64,000 nt of DNA from Candidatus Bathyarchaeum tardum (GTDB lineage Archaea; Thermoproteota; Bathyarchaeia; Bathyarchaeales; Bathyarchaeaceae): contig CP122380.1 in NCBI GenBank assembly GCA_024650005.2, positions 1,472,001 through 1,536,000 of the forward strand, given 5' to 3'. The notes under the pieces are model-generated. The model made no database searches. It worked only from the letters and a program-made list of their open reading frames with translations, and was not told the origin of the DNA. Position 1 is the stretch's first letter, and each line of letters opens with the position of its first letter. The position numbers and the translations under genes are program-made. Shown here one piece after another: positions 38,962 to 49,003 of this stretch.

Positions 38962-40587
38962 ATGCTTTTATCACCGATGTCTAACCCAGACCTTTGGAAA
39001 AAATACTGTAGTTTCTACGATAAATCTTTTCAAGAACAAGTTGAATACAACAACGAACGTCTTGAAACCTATTTTTCTAAATGGAAAAAGACTGATATTG
39101 CTAAAAAGTTAGACGAATCTTGCCTCAAAAACTTCAAGGATATCCCCATTACAGATTACAGCAATTATCCCATGTTGCACCATTTTGCAGCAGAGCTCGA
39201 ATCTGCAACAAAAATTAACTCCAGAGCAGAGACAGAGCCATTATCAGAATACTATCATCGAATCAGCAGCAAATTGGGTGAATCCCTTAACAGGTACATG
39301 ACTGAACCATATCACTTCTGTGCAACCACCACTGGCAGCACAGGTAAAAGTAAAATCATAGCAAATGGGGAAACATTCTGGAAAAACTTTTTCCAAGCTT
39401 CTTTAGCAACAGTTTTGGTTTCTTGCAGTGACAGTTGGGGAGAAACAAAACTCAAACAAGGGGATACCGCACTTAACATTAATGCTCCAGTACCTTACAT
39501 TTCAGGCTGGGGCGCGGATGCGTTCAAACACCATTTTAATATGATTCCCCCAATCGATGTCGCAGATAACCTCCAAAACATGAAAGAAAAATTTACGTAT
39601 GTTTTAAAAGCCATTGAAAAAGGGAAAAAAATTGATGTAGCTGGCGGCATTGGTTCCATGTTTTACATGATATGCAAATACCTTGTTGACCCAGAGGAAT
39701 TATTTTCAGAATATTATCGTGGAATGAGCTTTGGCTTGAAGAAAACGTTACTTGCAGTTAAGTTGCTTCAACTCAAGATATCGGGAAAAACAAAAAAACA
39801 GATTTCCGATTTTCTGCCCCTTAAAGGAATTATTGTTGGCGGAATGGATTCACAACTGTATATTGATTTCTTCAAGAATGAATTTAATTTTGAGCCTCTT
39901 CACGCATATGGTGCTACAGAAGCAGGAAATCTAATGAGAGGCGACCCTGACAGAAAAACAGACCTTGTCCCCAATATGATACCGTGCTTTTTAGAGTTCC
40001 AAACTGACAAGGGTGAAATGAAAAATATTGAAGAAATAAAAAAAGGAGAAACTTACAATCTAGTGATAACTCCTTTTGGGTCAATAGTTTTCAGGTATAA
40101 CATGGGAGATCTTTTCCGTGTTGTAGACTTTCGGGATGATGGAATGCCCGTGTTTTCGTTTGAGGGCAGAAAAACTTCAGTAATTGATGTTCTTGGATAT
40201 TATCGCCTGACTTCCAGAGCCATCGTTGATGCGTTATTTGCTGCGGGACTTCGAACTTCAGACAAATGGGCAGTAGCTAAACTTGTGGAACCAAAAGAAA
40301 AACTCTGTTTCCTTATGGAAAAGACATGGAGTTACACTGAAAAAGAAGCTGAAAAAAGAATTTTTGAAGCACTTCAAAAAACACAAAATGATTTTAAAAA
40401 ATACGTAACAGACTTTAACATTAAAGAACCTTCAGAAGCGGTCAAAGTAGAATACATCAGACACGGTGCCTTTCTAAGGTATTCTGCCTTGAAAGGCAAA
40501 ATGGGTGCACCACTAGGACAATACAAACCACCACAGTTGATTCCACCAGATAGAATGGAAATCTATGAAACCCTTAGAAGCTCTTGA
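38962..40587 (+). CDS. GH3-family acyl acid-amido synthetase (ANL adenylating enzyme); likely start at 38977
   Basis: IPITDY, TTGSTGKSK, YGATEAG, FRYNMGD, GQYKPP. Confidence 0.82.
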   Translation: MLLSPMSNPDLWKKYCSFYDKSFQEQVEYNNERLETYFSKWKKTDIAKKLDESCLKNFKDIPITDYSNYPMLHHFAAELESATKINSRAETEPLSEYYHRISSKLGESLNRYMTEPYHFCATTTGSTGKSKIIANGETFWKNFFQASLATVLVSCSDSWGETKLKQGDTALNINAPVPYISGWGADAFKHHFNMIPPIDVADNLQNMKEKFTYVLKAIEKGKKIDVAGGIGSMFYMICKYLVDPEELFSEYYRGMSFGLKKTLLAVKLLQLKISGKTKKQISDFLPLKGIIVGGMDSQLYIDFFKNEFNFEPLHAYGATEAGNLMRGDPDRKTDLVPNMIPCFLEFQTDKGEMKNIEEIKKGETYNLVITPFGSIVFRYNMGDLFRVVDFRDDGMPVFSFEGRKTSVIDVLGYYRLTSRAIVDALFAAGLRTSDKWAVAKLVEPKEKLCFLMEKTWSYTEKEAEKRIFEALQKTQNDFKKYVTDFNIKEPSEAVKVEYIRHGAFLRYSALKGKMGAPLGQYKPPQLIPPDRMEIYETLRSS

Positions 40588-40599
40588 GGATCATAAAAA

Positions 40600-42846
40600 T
40601 TGAGTCAAATTGCATGGTTTCTACAATATATCCTTGGTGGTTTTTTTGCACTTTTCGTTTCTGCATACATTTTTATGAAAGGTTCTTCAGAGAAAAAAAC
40701 CTGGGCATTAAAAGGATTTTTTGTATTTGGTTTATTGATAGCCGTTTGGGAGTTCGCAACTTATTTTCAAAGAACCGCTCCCAGTCCCGAACTTTCAGCT
40801 ATATTCTTCTATATTATCTTGATATCCAGTAGTCTAAGCCAGCCGACATATTTGATTACTGCACTGAACATTCAACGGCAAAAACCATATTTTCTTCTAA
40901 TTTTTATTCCAGCAATTATCCGGCTTGTTACTTTTCTTTTTGTTAACATAACATTTCAAATGACTGATTATGGGTGGACTTATGAGCTTTTAGTCTCTGG
41001 AATTCCCCTTGAAATAGGAACAGCAATATACTTTGGATACTACATTGCAACAATCGTCATTCTTTTTGGTCTTGCAAGAAAAGCAAGGTCGTCGACACTT
41101 AAGAAAAAATATTGGATACTTTTAGCAGGTTACACACTTTTCCAAGTTATAGGCTTCACGGTAACAAACTATTTTCTTACCATTGATCACAATTTTGCAC
41201 CCGTAGGGGGAATATTGCAATTTTTAACATTCATTACTATTGGATTTGCGTTTTCATTAAAGGAAACTAAATTGCCCTCACAAAAATCTGCTATTATCGG
41301 TTTCCCTGAAGTTTATTCATCATTCTTGACGAATTTCTATAATATGTCAACTGACACAAACCTTGGTGAAGCATCATTTAAGTTCCTTGAGTTCCTTAAG
41401 AAATCCCTGATTGCAGATAAGGTTTCGATTGGACCAGATGGGATTTCATTTGAAGCTCCAGATGATTCAAAAATGTTGGAAGTAATTAATCACAACTTGA
41501 ACTTTTTAGAGGAAGAAAAAAACAGTGAACTCACTGACAGCTATCTACGGGTTCTAAATTCTGCTCATTTGATGTTGGGTGACAGCTTCGACAAGGTAGT
41601 CATGAAAAATATTGAGTTTTTGAAAAAATCTGATTTAGTATATGGAATTTCCAACGGGGATTACTTGAGGCGAATAGATGAAGATAGAACATTGAATAAG
41701 TTAAGTGATGTTGAAGCATGTCTAAAAATCTACAAACGTTTACTTTTGGCGGTTTCAGATAAAATTTCGTTGCATGATTTTCAGAACAAACTTGCAATTT
41801 ATCAAAGCACCAAATCGGTTAAAGTGACAAAATATGGTGAAATTTCAATTGAAGCTACAAAAGAAGAAATTATTCGACTGCCCAAAGAGCAAAGATTGTC
41901 TGCAATCATCGAAAGTTTCACTCCTTTAACAAGTTGGATTTATTCACGATTAATTTCAAATTCCTATGTAGGGGATGCTGTTCTCGAAAGTTTGAAACAT
42001 GTTTTAAGATTAAATCGTGAACCTGCAATCGAACTTAGGGTTTACCCGACGCTGTTGGAACGATTAGCTGCCAAAGTCCCTCAAGGAGAAATTGAACAGT
42101 TGTATAATGAATATTTAGAGGAACTGATTGAATTAAAGTCTGATGAACTGCAAGAAGTAAGAGACCGTCTTATAGAAGCTGAACGGTTGTCCGCAATAGG
42201 TAGAACCACAGCAATGGTTGGGCACGATCTTCGCAATCCGCTTCAGGCGATAGTTAACACAATTCATTTGGCACGGATGAAACTGGAACTAATTCCACCT
42301 CAAATTGAAAAACAAGATCTTGAACAAATTTATGATAAAATTGAGGGGCAAGTATTGTATATGGATAAAATAGTTACAGACCTGCAGGACTTTTCCAGAA
42401 AGATAAACCTAAAAAAAGTACCAATAAACGTACAGAAATTAATCGATGAAGTTCTTTCTTCAATATCAATCCCTGGAACCATCAATGTTTCGGTGGATAC
42501 TAAAAATGAGTCTCCTCTGGCTTTAGCAGATTATTCATCAATGAAAAGAGTGTTCGATAATCTTGTTCGTAATGCCATTCAAGCTATGCCTGACGGAGGC
42601 AACCTCAAAATTGGAACAAAATCTTCTGATAAAGAAATTACTGTAATAGTTGAAGATACAGGAGTAGGGATTCCTGAAGATTACATATCAAAAATTTTTG
42701 AACCTTTCTTTACTACTAAAGCTCAAGGGCAGGGATTAGGGTTATCAATATGTAAAAAGTTTGTTGAGGCAAATGGGGGTAGCATAGAAGTTGAAAGTAC
42801 AGAGGGAAAAGGCACCATATTTACAGTTAAATTAAGCCGTGTATGA
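40600..42846 (+). CDS. Membrane sensor histidine kinase (N-terminal ~7TM, helical middle region, HisKA, HATPase)
   Basis: Seven hydrophobic segments; GHDLRNPL, NLVRNAIQA, DTGVGI, FFTTK, GLGL. Confidence 0.92.
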   Translation: MSQIAWFLQYILGGFFALFVSAYIFMKGSSEKKTWALKGFFVFGLLIAVWEFATYFQRTAPSPELSAIFFYIILISSSLSQPTYLITALNIQRQKPYFLLIFIPAIIRLVTFLFVNITFQMTDYGWTYELLVSGIPLEIGTAIYFGYYIATIVILFGLARKARSSTLKKKYWILLAGYTLFQVIGFTVTNYFLTIDHNFAPVGGILQFLTFITIGFAFSLKETKLPSQKSAIIGFPEVYSSFLTNFYNMSTDTNLGEASFKFLEFLKKSLIADKVSIGPDGISFEAPDDSKMLEVINHNLNFLEEEKNSELTDSYLRVLNSAHLMLGDSFDKVVMKNIEFLKKSDLVYGISNGDYLRRIDEDRTLNKLSDVEACLKIYKRLLLAVSDKISLHDFQNKLAIYQSTKSVKVTKYGEISIEATKEEIIRLPKEQRLSAIIESFTPLTSWIYSRLISNSYVGDAVLESLKHVLRLNREPAIELRVYPTLLERLAAKVPQGEIEQLYNEYLEELIELKSDELQEVRDRLIEAERLSAIGRTTAMVGHDLRNPLQAIVNTIHLARMKLELIPPQIEKQDLEQIYDKIEGQVLYMDKIVTDLQDFSRKINLKKVPINVQKLIDEVLSSISIPGTINVSVDTKNESPLALADYSSMKRVFDNLVRNAIQAMPDGGNLKIGTKSSDKEITVIVEDTGVGIPEDYISKIFEPFFTTKAQGQGLGLSICKKFVEANGGSIEVESTEGKGTIFTVKLSRV

Positions 42847-43071
42847 GGGTTTTGCATAGTTTTTCATTCAATTTTTTGCTCAAAAAAGCCTTGAAGTGCA
42901 TTTAAGCATGTTTTATCTTTTTTTTGTCTCAACATAACATACTAAGATGTACCCAACAATTAATTTCGGTATGAAGAAAATGCCAATTTTGTAAATGTTG
43001 AACTTAAATTGATTGGGAATTCACTTGAATATGTGTTCAAACTATTAGTTTCGGTAGGCATTAGATACTAT

Positions 43072-43193
43072 TGTGCTCTCGTCGAAAAGACCTGCTCTGC
43101 ACGCGTAAATCCCAAAATTGACGGCATCTCACAGCGAGATATCCAAAATTAGACTTTTCATGGGAAGCGTGGTACAGGCACGATGAGGGCACA
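43072..43193 (+). ncRNA. Candidate structured RNA, unknown family
   Basis: 13-bp closing helix with two G-U pairs, plus nested CCTG/CAGG, CACGC/GCGTG, TCCCA/TGGGA and ATCTC/GAGAT. Confidence 0.4.
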
Positions 43194-43234
43194 CCGTTTC
43201 ACCATGCAAAATCAGCAAGTCAGGTTCTTAATTT

Positions 43235-43957
43235 TTATTTTTCTTCAGTTCCTCTTACTTTTGTCGATGGAATTATTTTTCTAGCGCATGCAACAAACTT
43301 TTGCATTACATCTTCGGGTAATGTTTTTGTGTTGAAAGATGGATCTAAAACGACTTGTCCAATATTAACGTCAAATTTTTGTAGAACATATTTTTTGGAA
43401 CCTTTTAAAGCGTCGCATATCTGGACAATATCATCAGTTTCATGGATTGTAGGAACAACAGTTGTTCTAAACTCGTAATCAATATCTGAAGTCTTCAGCA
43501 GGTTTATGCTTTTTTTCACGTTTTCAAATAAAGTTTTGGCGTTAACACCAATTGCTTTTGAATAGTTTTCAACGGTTAATGGAGCTTTTACGTCCATGGC
43601 TATGTAATCTACCAGTTTTTTATCAATAAGCTTTTTGAGCATTTTTGGATTGGTTCCGTTGGTGTCCAGTTTAACTAAGAAATTCATCTTCTTTATTTTT
43701 GAGCATAAATCGGGCAAGTCACTATGAAGGGTTGGTTCTCCACCTGTGATGCAAACGCCATCAATCCAGTTTTTTTGTATAGTAAGTTGTTCTTCTAAGT
43801 TTTCAAAAGGGATCGTCTCAATGGTTTCAGGTTTTAGAACAAGATTTCTGTTATGACAGAATGGGCACCTGAAATTACATTTAGGCAAAAAAATTACTGA
43901 AGATACTTTTCCGTCCCAATCCACGAAGCTAATGTCAATGAAACCTTTTATGTCCAC
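43235..43957 (-). CDS. nrdG: Anaerobic ribonucleotide reductase activating protein (radical SAM)
   Basis: CNFRCPFCHN, TGGEPT, KLDTNG, EFRTTVVP. Confidence 0.85.
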   Translation of the reverse strand: MDIKGFIDISFVDWDGKVSSVIFLPKCNFRCPFCHNRNLVLKPETIETIPFENLEEQLTIQKNWIDGVCITGGEPTLHSDLPDLCSKIKKMNFLVKLDTNGTNPKMLKKLIDKKLVDYIAMDVKAPLTVENYSKAIGVNAKTLFENVKKSINLLKTSDIDYEFRTTVVPTIHETDDIVQICDALKGSKKYVLQKFDVNIGQVVLDPSFNTKTLPEDVMQKFVACARKIIPSTKVRGTEEK

Positions 43958-44018
43958 TTTTAATCCCGTTCTAAATCAAATAAAATGTTGGCTGTTTAAG
44001 TTATTTTAGGTAAACACT

Positions 44019-44876
44019 CTAAAAGTTAATGACAGTTCCCGTGTGAACAGAAACAAATCGGTCACCAAATTCTTCAGAAAATTTTTTTATCACATTTTTG
44101 CCAGTGCAATGGCATGGTGCAACAACAGTTGGGTGCAGGTTTTTTATTTCAGTAATTGTTTTTTGAATTTTTTCGTCATTTGCACCAATGAGATGAAAAC
44201 CGCCGACAACAGCATAGATTTTGTTGTTTCCAGTTATTTTTTGTGCATATTTTAGAGTGTTAATTATTCCTGAATGGGCACAACCTGTTATTACAATTAA
44301 ACCTTTGTTTTCAAGATCAATTACTAACGATTGGTCGTCAAGCATTACATCATTAATGAACTTGTTTTGGTGGATTGTCCAAAATCCGTTAACTTTTTCA
44401 AAATCGGTGATTCTGGGAACTTCACCTGTTGTTGTAATTCCCTCTGCAATTTTTACGGGATTTGATGCTAAAAGAGGTACACCACCAACCGTTTCAACAT
44501 CAGAACATTTGAAGGGTGCACCAATTAACCGCAAATGGGGCATCATGCTTAATTTTGGCTCAAAAACGGTTGGATATCCAATAACTGGAACACTTTTTCT
44601 CAGATTTTCGAGTAATTGGATTAAACCTCCAGTGTGATCGTAATGACCATGACTAAGGACAACTGCGTCAACAGATTCTAAATTGACGTTTAATTCAGTA
44701 ATGTTGCTAAGAAGTTTTTCTGGTGAAGCTCCAGTGTCCATTAACACCGTTACTTTATTGGTATCAACTGTTACAGTTACATAAACTGAAAGACCATGTT
44801 TAGCCTCCAATTTTGGGTTATTGCTATTCGTTGTGTTTTCAATTAAAACAGTTAGCTGAACATTTTTTACTGCCAT
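44019..44876 (-). CDS. MBL-fold metallo-hydrolase (COG1237-like)
   Basis: EAKHGLS, SHGHYDHTGG, GCAHSG, GGFHL, PCHCTG. Confidence 0.88.
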   Translation of the reverse strand: MAVKNVQLTVLIENTTNSNNPKLEAKHGLSVYVTVTVDTNKVTVLMDTGASPEKLLSNITELNVNLESVDAVVLSHGHYDHTGGLIQLLENLRKSVPVIGYPTVFEPKLSMMPHLRLIGAPFKCSDVETVGGVPLLASNPVKIAEGITTTGEVPRITDFEKVNGFWTIHQNKFINDVMLDDQSLVIDLENKGLIVITGCAHSGIINTLKYAQKITGNNKIYAVVGGFHLIGANDEKIQKTITEIKNLHPTVVAPCHCTGKNVIKKFSEEFGDRFVSVHTGTVINF

Positions 44877-44999
44877 TTTTTGATGTTACCTTTCTTTAGA
44901 TAATCAACAGTTGTGTTGACAGAAAGTTCTATGTAGCATTAACTAAAGAGACTTGTGTTTAGAAAATAAACAAGAAAAAATGAGCAGAATTTTGTCCAT

Positions 45000-45407
45000 T
45001 TATGAGCTGACTATTGTTGAACGGACCTGTTTTACACCTTTTCGGGTTGCTAGTTCTTGAGCTAGTTTTCGTATTTCTTTTGCATCCCCTTTAACTGCAA
45101 CTGCTTCAAGGCATTCTTTGTCACTTAAATGGACATGAAGCACTGAATTTATGACGCTCCGATGATGGTGCTGAGATTCAACTAGATCGTCTTCTAATCC
45201 TTTTACATCATGGTCGTAAACCATCACGAGCACACCAGCTTTTTTGCCTTCCTGTTTATGAAGTAATTTTTGTTCAGTAACAAACAGTGTCACTGCGTCT
45301 TGAATAGCCTTTGAACGGCTTTCATAACCAATGTTATCAATAATTTCATCTAGTTCAGCTAATAATTCTGGTGGAAAAGTAACTCCAACGCGGACAATCT
45401 TAGTCAT
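45000..45407 (-). CDS. nikR: Nickel-responsive regulator NikR
   Basis: RHH RVGVTFP...SRSKAI; YDH, QH, HVHL...CLE. Confidence 0.92.
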   Translation of the reverse strand: MTKIVRVGVTFPPELLAELDEIIDNIGYESRSKAIQDAVTLFVTEQKLLHKQEGKKAGVLVMVYDHDVKGLEDDLVESQHHHRSVINSVLHVHLSDKECLEAVAVKGDAKEIRKLAQELATRKGVKQVRSTIVSS

Positions 45408-45620
45408 AATCTGTTCCCAACTAACATCATATCGTATTACTCATAAAACGTTTATCACTATGTGGTTAAAAAATCTTGAAATAATTTTTTTGATATTTGA
45501 TTTTTGGATTTGATTGTAAAAAAGCGTGAACACAGTTCAGGTTACGTCTAAGTTCGGCAGTAAAATGCAGCAACATCAATAAATGGTTCAACAATACTGA
45601 AAGGAACAGTGCAAGTTGTG

Positions 45621-46505
45621 TTAGTTGAAGCTAATGAGGATAATTCCAGCAATAATCAGGAGTGCACTTGTAACAATGGAAAACGAGAATTTTTCTATTT
45701 TTCTTAGGAATATGTAGCTGAAAAGTAATATGAAAAGCAGTTCAGTTTGTAGCAGGGGTACAATTATTGAGACCATTTCTTGGCTTAGTGCAAGAAAGGA
45801 TAGTAACCATCCGGTTGCTATGCCTACTCCAGATTTCCAGAATAGTTTGAAGTCTTTTTTGGAAAACTTTGAAACATTATCAGTTTTAGAAAAGAATAGC
45901 ACAATCAGATAAAAAATTAGGGATGTTGTGTACCCAATTGCAACACCCAGAAGGGGTTGGTTGTAGATGTTCAGGCCTTCTTTGCGTATTATTTGAGAAA
46001 ATGCCATAGTGAACGAGCCGAGTACTGGAATAATTAATCCTTTTATTGTTGCATGTTTTGTTAGTGAACTTTTGTCTAATGTTTTGCTGATGAATATTAC
46101 ACCTGCTATTATGCATACTAATCCTATCCAGTTTTGTGTTGTTAGTACTTCTCCAAGAACAGTAACAGCTATGATTGATGTGTAAAGGGGATAAGTTGAA
46201 AAAATGGATGAGTTTACCGATATGCCTACGGTTTTCATTCCTTTGAAGTACACAAGTCGAGCCAGCCCAGGGGCAAGAAATCCAGCAAGCAAGAATAATA
46301 AGATTCCTTCAAGGTTTAACAGAGAAAAGTCAGTGTAAAGTATGGCTATTGGCCAAAGAACAATGTTACCCATTATTGTTACGGTTAAAGATATGTTGAG
46401 ATGATTTGATTCTTCAATGTTTTTTCTGATTATTATTTGGGATGCTGCAAAGGCCACAGAAGAAAGCAACGCCAAAATAATCGGTAACATATTAGCTTGA
46501 AACAT
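45621..46505 (-). CDS. EamA/DMT family transporter
   Basis: Ten TM segments, two EamA halves. Confidence 0.85.
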   Translation of the reverse strand: MFQANMLPIILALLSSVAFAASQIIIRKNIEESNHLNISLTVTIMGNIVLWPIAILYTDFSLLNLEGILLFLLAGFLAPGLARLVYFKGMKTVGISVNSSIFSTYPLYTSIIAVTVLGEVLTTQNWIGLVCIIAGVIFISKTLDKSSLTKHATIKGLIIPVLGSFTMAFSQIIRKEGLNIYNQPLLGVAIGYTTSLIFYLIVLFFSKTDNVSKFSKKDFKLFWKSGVGIATGWLLSFLALSQEMVSIIVPLLQTELLFILLFSYIFLRKIEKFSFSIVTSALLIIAGIILISFN

Positions 46506-46717
46506 TTTTGATGTTATTAAACAAAACCATTTGCATGTTCAAAAATGAAGAAACAGTAAACAAAGAAAGAGGCGCAACAGTGCCTTCAAACAGAGAAAAT
46601 TACAAAAAATTGGTTTCAGGCAACGTTGATTACATTTTTTTGGGTATGAATTTTCATTTTAAATTGTGATTTTAGTTTCATAAAGACTAAATTAGTCCAT
46701 ACTCAAACTTTCTAAAA

Positions 46718-47260
46718 ATGCTAATCATATTAGTTTTTGTCATGTCTTTCATTATCCTTTATAGTGTTACTTTGACGATAATTCCCAGCATGCCACCCGG
46801 AAAGTTACTCTTCGAAGTTTTTGGCAGCTCGGGAACAGATTTTACGATATTTGGAGTCTCAGCAGAGCTTCTTGTTTCAGGATTGATTAATGGCCTTATT
46901 TGGTCAGCAGTTATTGTGCTGGTTTATTCCTATTGGAGAGGCCCAGCAAAGTCAAATGTCAATTTGCCAATATGGGTTCCAGGATACACTACGTCACATA
47001 GTTCCACAGAAAAACCGCAGATAAAGAAACGCAAAGATCTTTCGTCGCCTCAAATAATTCAACAGCCCCAAAACATTGAGTCTATTCACGGTATTGGTTA
47101 CGTTTACGGGCGTAAACTTAGAACAATTGGAATCAGCACAGTAGATGAGTTATTGGAAAAAGGTTCGACAATATCTGGAAGAATTTATTTGGCAAACAGA
47201 TTAGAAGTAACAGAAGCAACAGTGCTTAATTGGTTACGCCAAGCAGAAATTCACAAATGA
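46718..47260 (+). CDS. Membrane protein with a C-terminal HhH (DUF4332-like) domain
   Basis: Two TM segments; IHGIG..YGRKL..IGI.TVDELL...WLRQA. Confidence 0.7.
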   Translation: MLIILVFVMSFIILYSVTLTIIPSMPPGKLLFEVFGSSGTDFTIFGVSAELLVSGLINGLIWSAVIVLVYSYWRGPAKSNVNLPIWVPGYTTSHSSTEKPQIKKRKDLSSPQIIQQPQNIESIHGIGYVYGRKLRTIGISTVDELLEKGSTISGRIYLANRLEVTEATVLNWLRQAEIHK

Positions 47261-47516
47261 AAACTTTTTTTCTAAAAGGATTTCAGCACAAGAATTGTTT
47301 AGCATATAAAGATCAGTTTTAAGATTGTTTTTTGATTATTCATAAAATACAATAACATGTCAGAAAAACATATTTTTACAAAATATATAAAATAATAACA
47401 TAGACAAATAAATATTATCAATTCAGAGGACTTAAATTAGGATTTTTAGGTTTTAGTTTTAAATCAAAGGTGGGAAACTGGAACTGCAAATCATAGACGC
47501 CATACTAAACTCCGGA

Positions 47517-47762
47517 GTGCTTATTCCCGCCATATGGTTAAGCTTGGGACTGGTTATTGCGTGGTTTTTGTTGTCTGCAAAACGGATTGTTCCATTAACT
47601 GAAAAAGAGGCTGAAACCTTATGGAAAGTTCATAAACAAAAAACACAGTGCACAGCTAAAGATTGGAAACACTTAACCCGTGGAACAGAAATAATTGGTT
47701 TTGAATGTGAATGTGGAGAAAAACACATACAAAAAAAACACATTATAACCATAAATGCATAA
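47517..47762 (+). CDS. Small membrane protein with a putative Zn-binding motif
   Basis: One TM; WKVHK..C...GFECECG. Confidence 0.6.
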   Translation: MLIPAIWLSLGLVIAWFLLSAKRIVPLTEKEAETLWKVHKQKTQCTAKDWKHLTRGTEIIGFECECGEKHIQKKHIITINA

Positions 47763-47767
47763 TTGGA

Positions 47768-48835
47768 TCATTTCATATTCAGGTTTTTCCCAAACAAAGA
47801 ATTCTTTAAAGAAACATCCTGTGAAGAGGCTCTAGCATCAGCTGCTTCAGTACGGTCAATTGAAATATACGCAATCTCATGGGCATGATGTTGTATTTGT
47901 TCAAGACCATCAAAAATCAAACGAAGGTTTGCTAAAGCCAAACTAGGAAGTTCTGATTCGCCATAAATTTTCAGACATTGACTCCACAAATCATCAAAAT
48001 CAAAACATCTATCCAAGACATTATTTGCCAAAGGAATATCTTTAGACAGCAAAGCCTGAACTGAGTCGTCATACATCTTTTGGATTGATTTACCGGTTTC
48101 AGCTAGGAGTTTAGTAAACTCTTCTGGCAGCTCTTTCCCAGTTAATGAGTCGATGTTCTTTGCAATTTTGTTTAAATTACCCGTTATTTCAGAAGTAACA
48201 TGAAGAATTTGAAGATAATCCACACAATCGATCAGGGAAATGGAATCGTTTTGAGATGGTTTGGGGAATAGAATAGAACTTCTTAACAAACGATTAGTAA
48301 CCAAAAGAAGCCGTTTAATGTCCCGAGTTCTTCGGGTTAAACCTTTAATCAGGTCAACATTCTGATTTTCAACAGCTGAAATCGTTTCACTAAACATAGA
48401 AATTATTACATTATGAATCCGTGTTACAGCTTTATTGACAGGCATAGTCTGCTTAAGCAAACAAACAATAGTCATTGTGTTTCCAGTAACTTCAATCAGT
48501 TCTAAACCAAACAAGCTGTCAATTGTTTCACGAATAGAATCATGTTGGTCTTCTGTAAAAGCGGTTTCAGTTTTAACCTTGATGGTGTCAAAACCATCTA
48601 AATATGCACCGATAATTCCCCTTTTAAGAGATTGGCTGGAGCTTTTACGAGTAACATTTAAAGTTATTTCTCGACGTTGATTGCTAACTTGAGGATAAAT
48701 CGAAATGGAACCATCTTGTTGCGTAAGTAAAGTAACTTTTTCTCCATGGTTTAGATGCAACTGGTCAGTCCAAGATTTTGGAATTGAAACATAAAGAGTG
48801 TTGCCAATTTTTTGGATTTTTCTTGTTTCGGACAT
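47768..48835 (-). CDS. Archaeal PhoU-family regulator with an AbrB-type N-terminus
   Basis: RKIQKIGNTLYVSIPKSW, IIGAYLDGFD, PhoU-like helices. Confidence 0.88.
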   Translation of the reverse strand: MSETRKIQKIGNTLYVSIPKSWTDQLHLNHGEKVTLLTQQDGSISIYPQVSNQRREITLNVTRKSSSQSLKRGIIGAYLDGFDTIKVKTETAFTEDQHDSIRETIDSLFGLELIEVTGNTMTIVCLLKQTMPVNKAVTRIHNVIISMFSETISAVENQNVDLIKGLTRRTRDIKRLLLVTNRLLRSSILFPKPSQNDSISLIDCVDYLQILHVTSEITGNLNKIAKNIDSLTGKELPEEFTKLLAETGKSIQKMYDDSVQALLSKDIPLANNVLDRCFDFDDLWSQCLKIYGESELPSLALANLRLIFDGLEQIQHHAHEIAYISIDRTEAADARASSQDVSLKNSLFGKNLNMK

Positions 48836-49003
48836 TGAAATTCCCGTAAATTAAATTCTTTTAGCTTTGTTTAATCTGATTGGTTATACTTATATCTTTA
48901 GATAAAAAAATTAAATGTTACAGCTTAAGATTATAAAGGAAATTAACACAGAATTAAATCAAAATAGAACATAAAAAAATAAAAGTTAAAAAAATCGTTT
49001 GGG

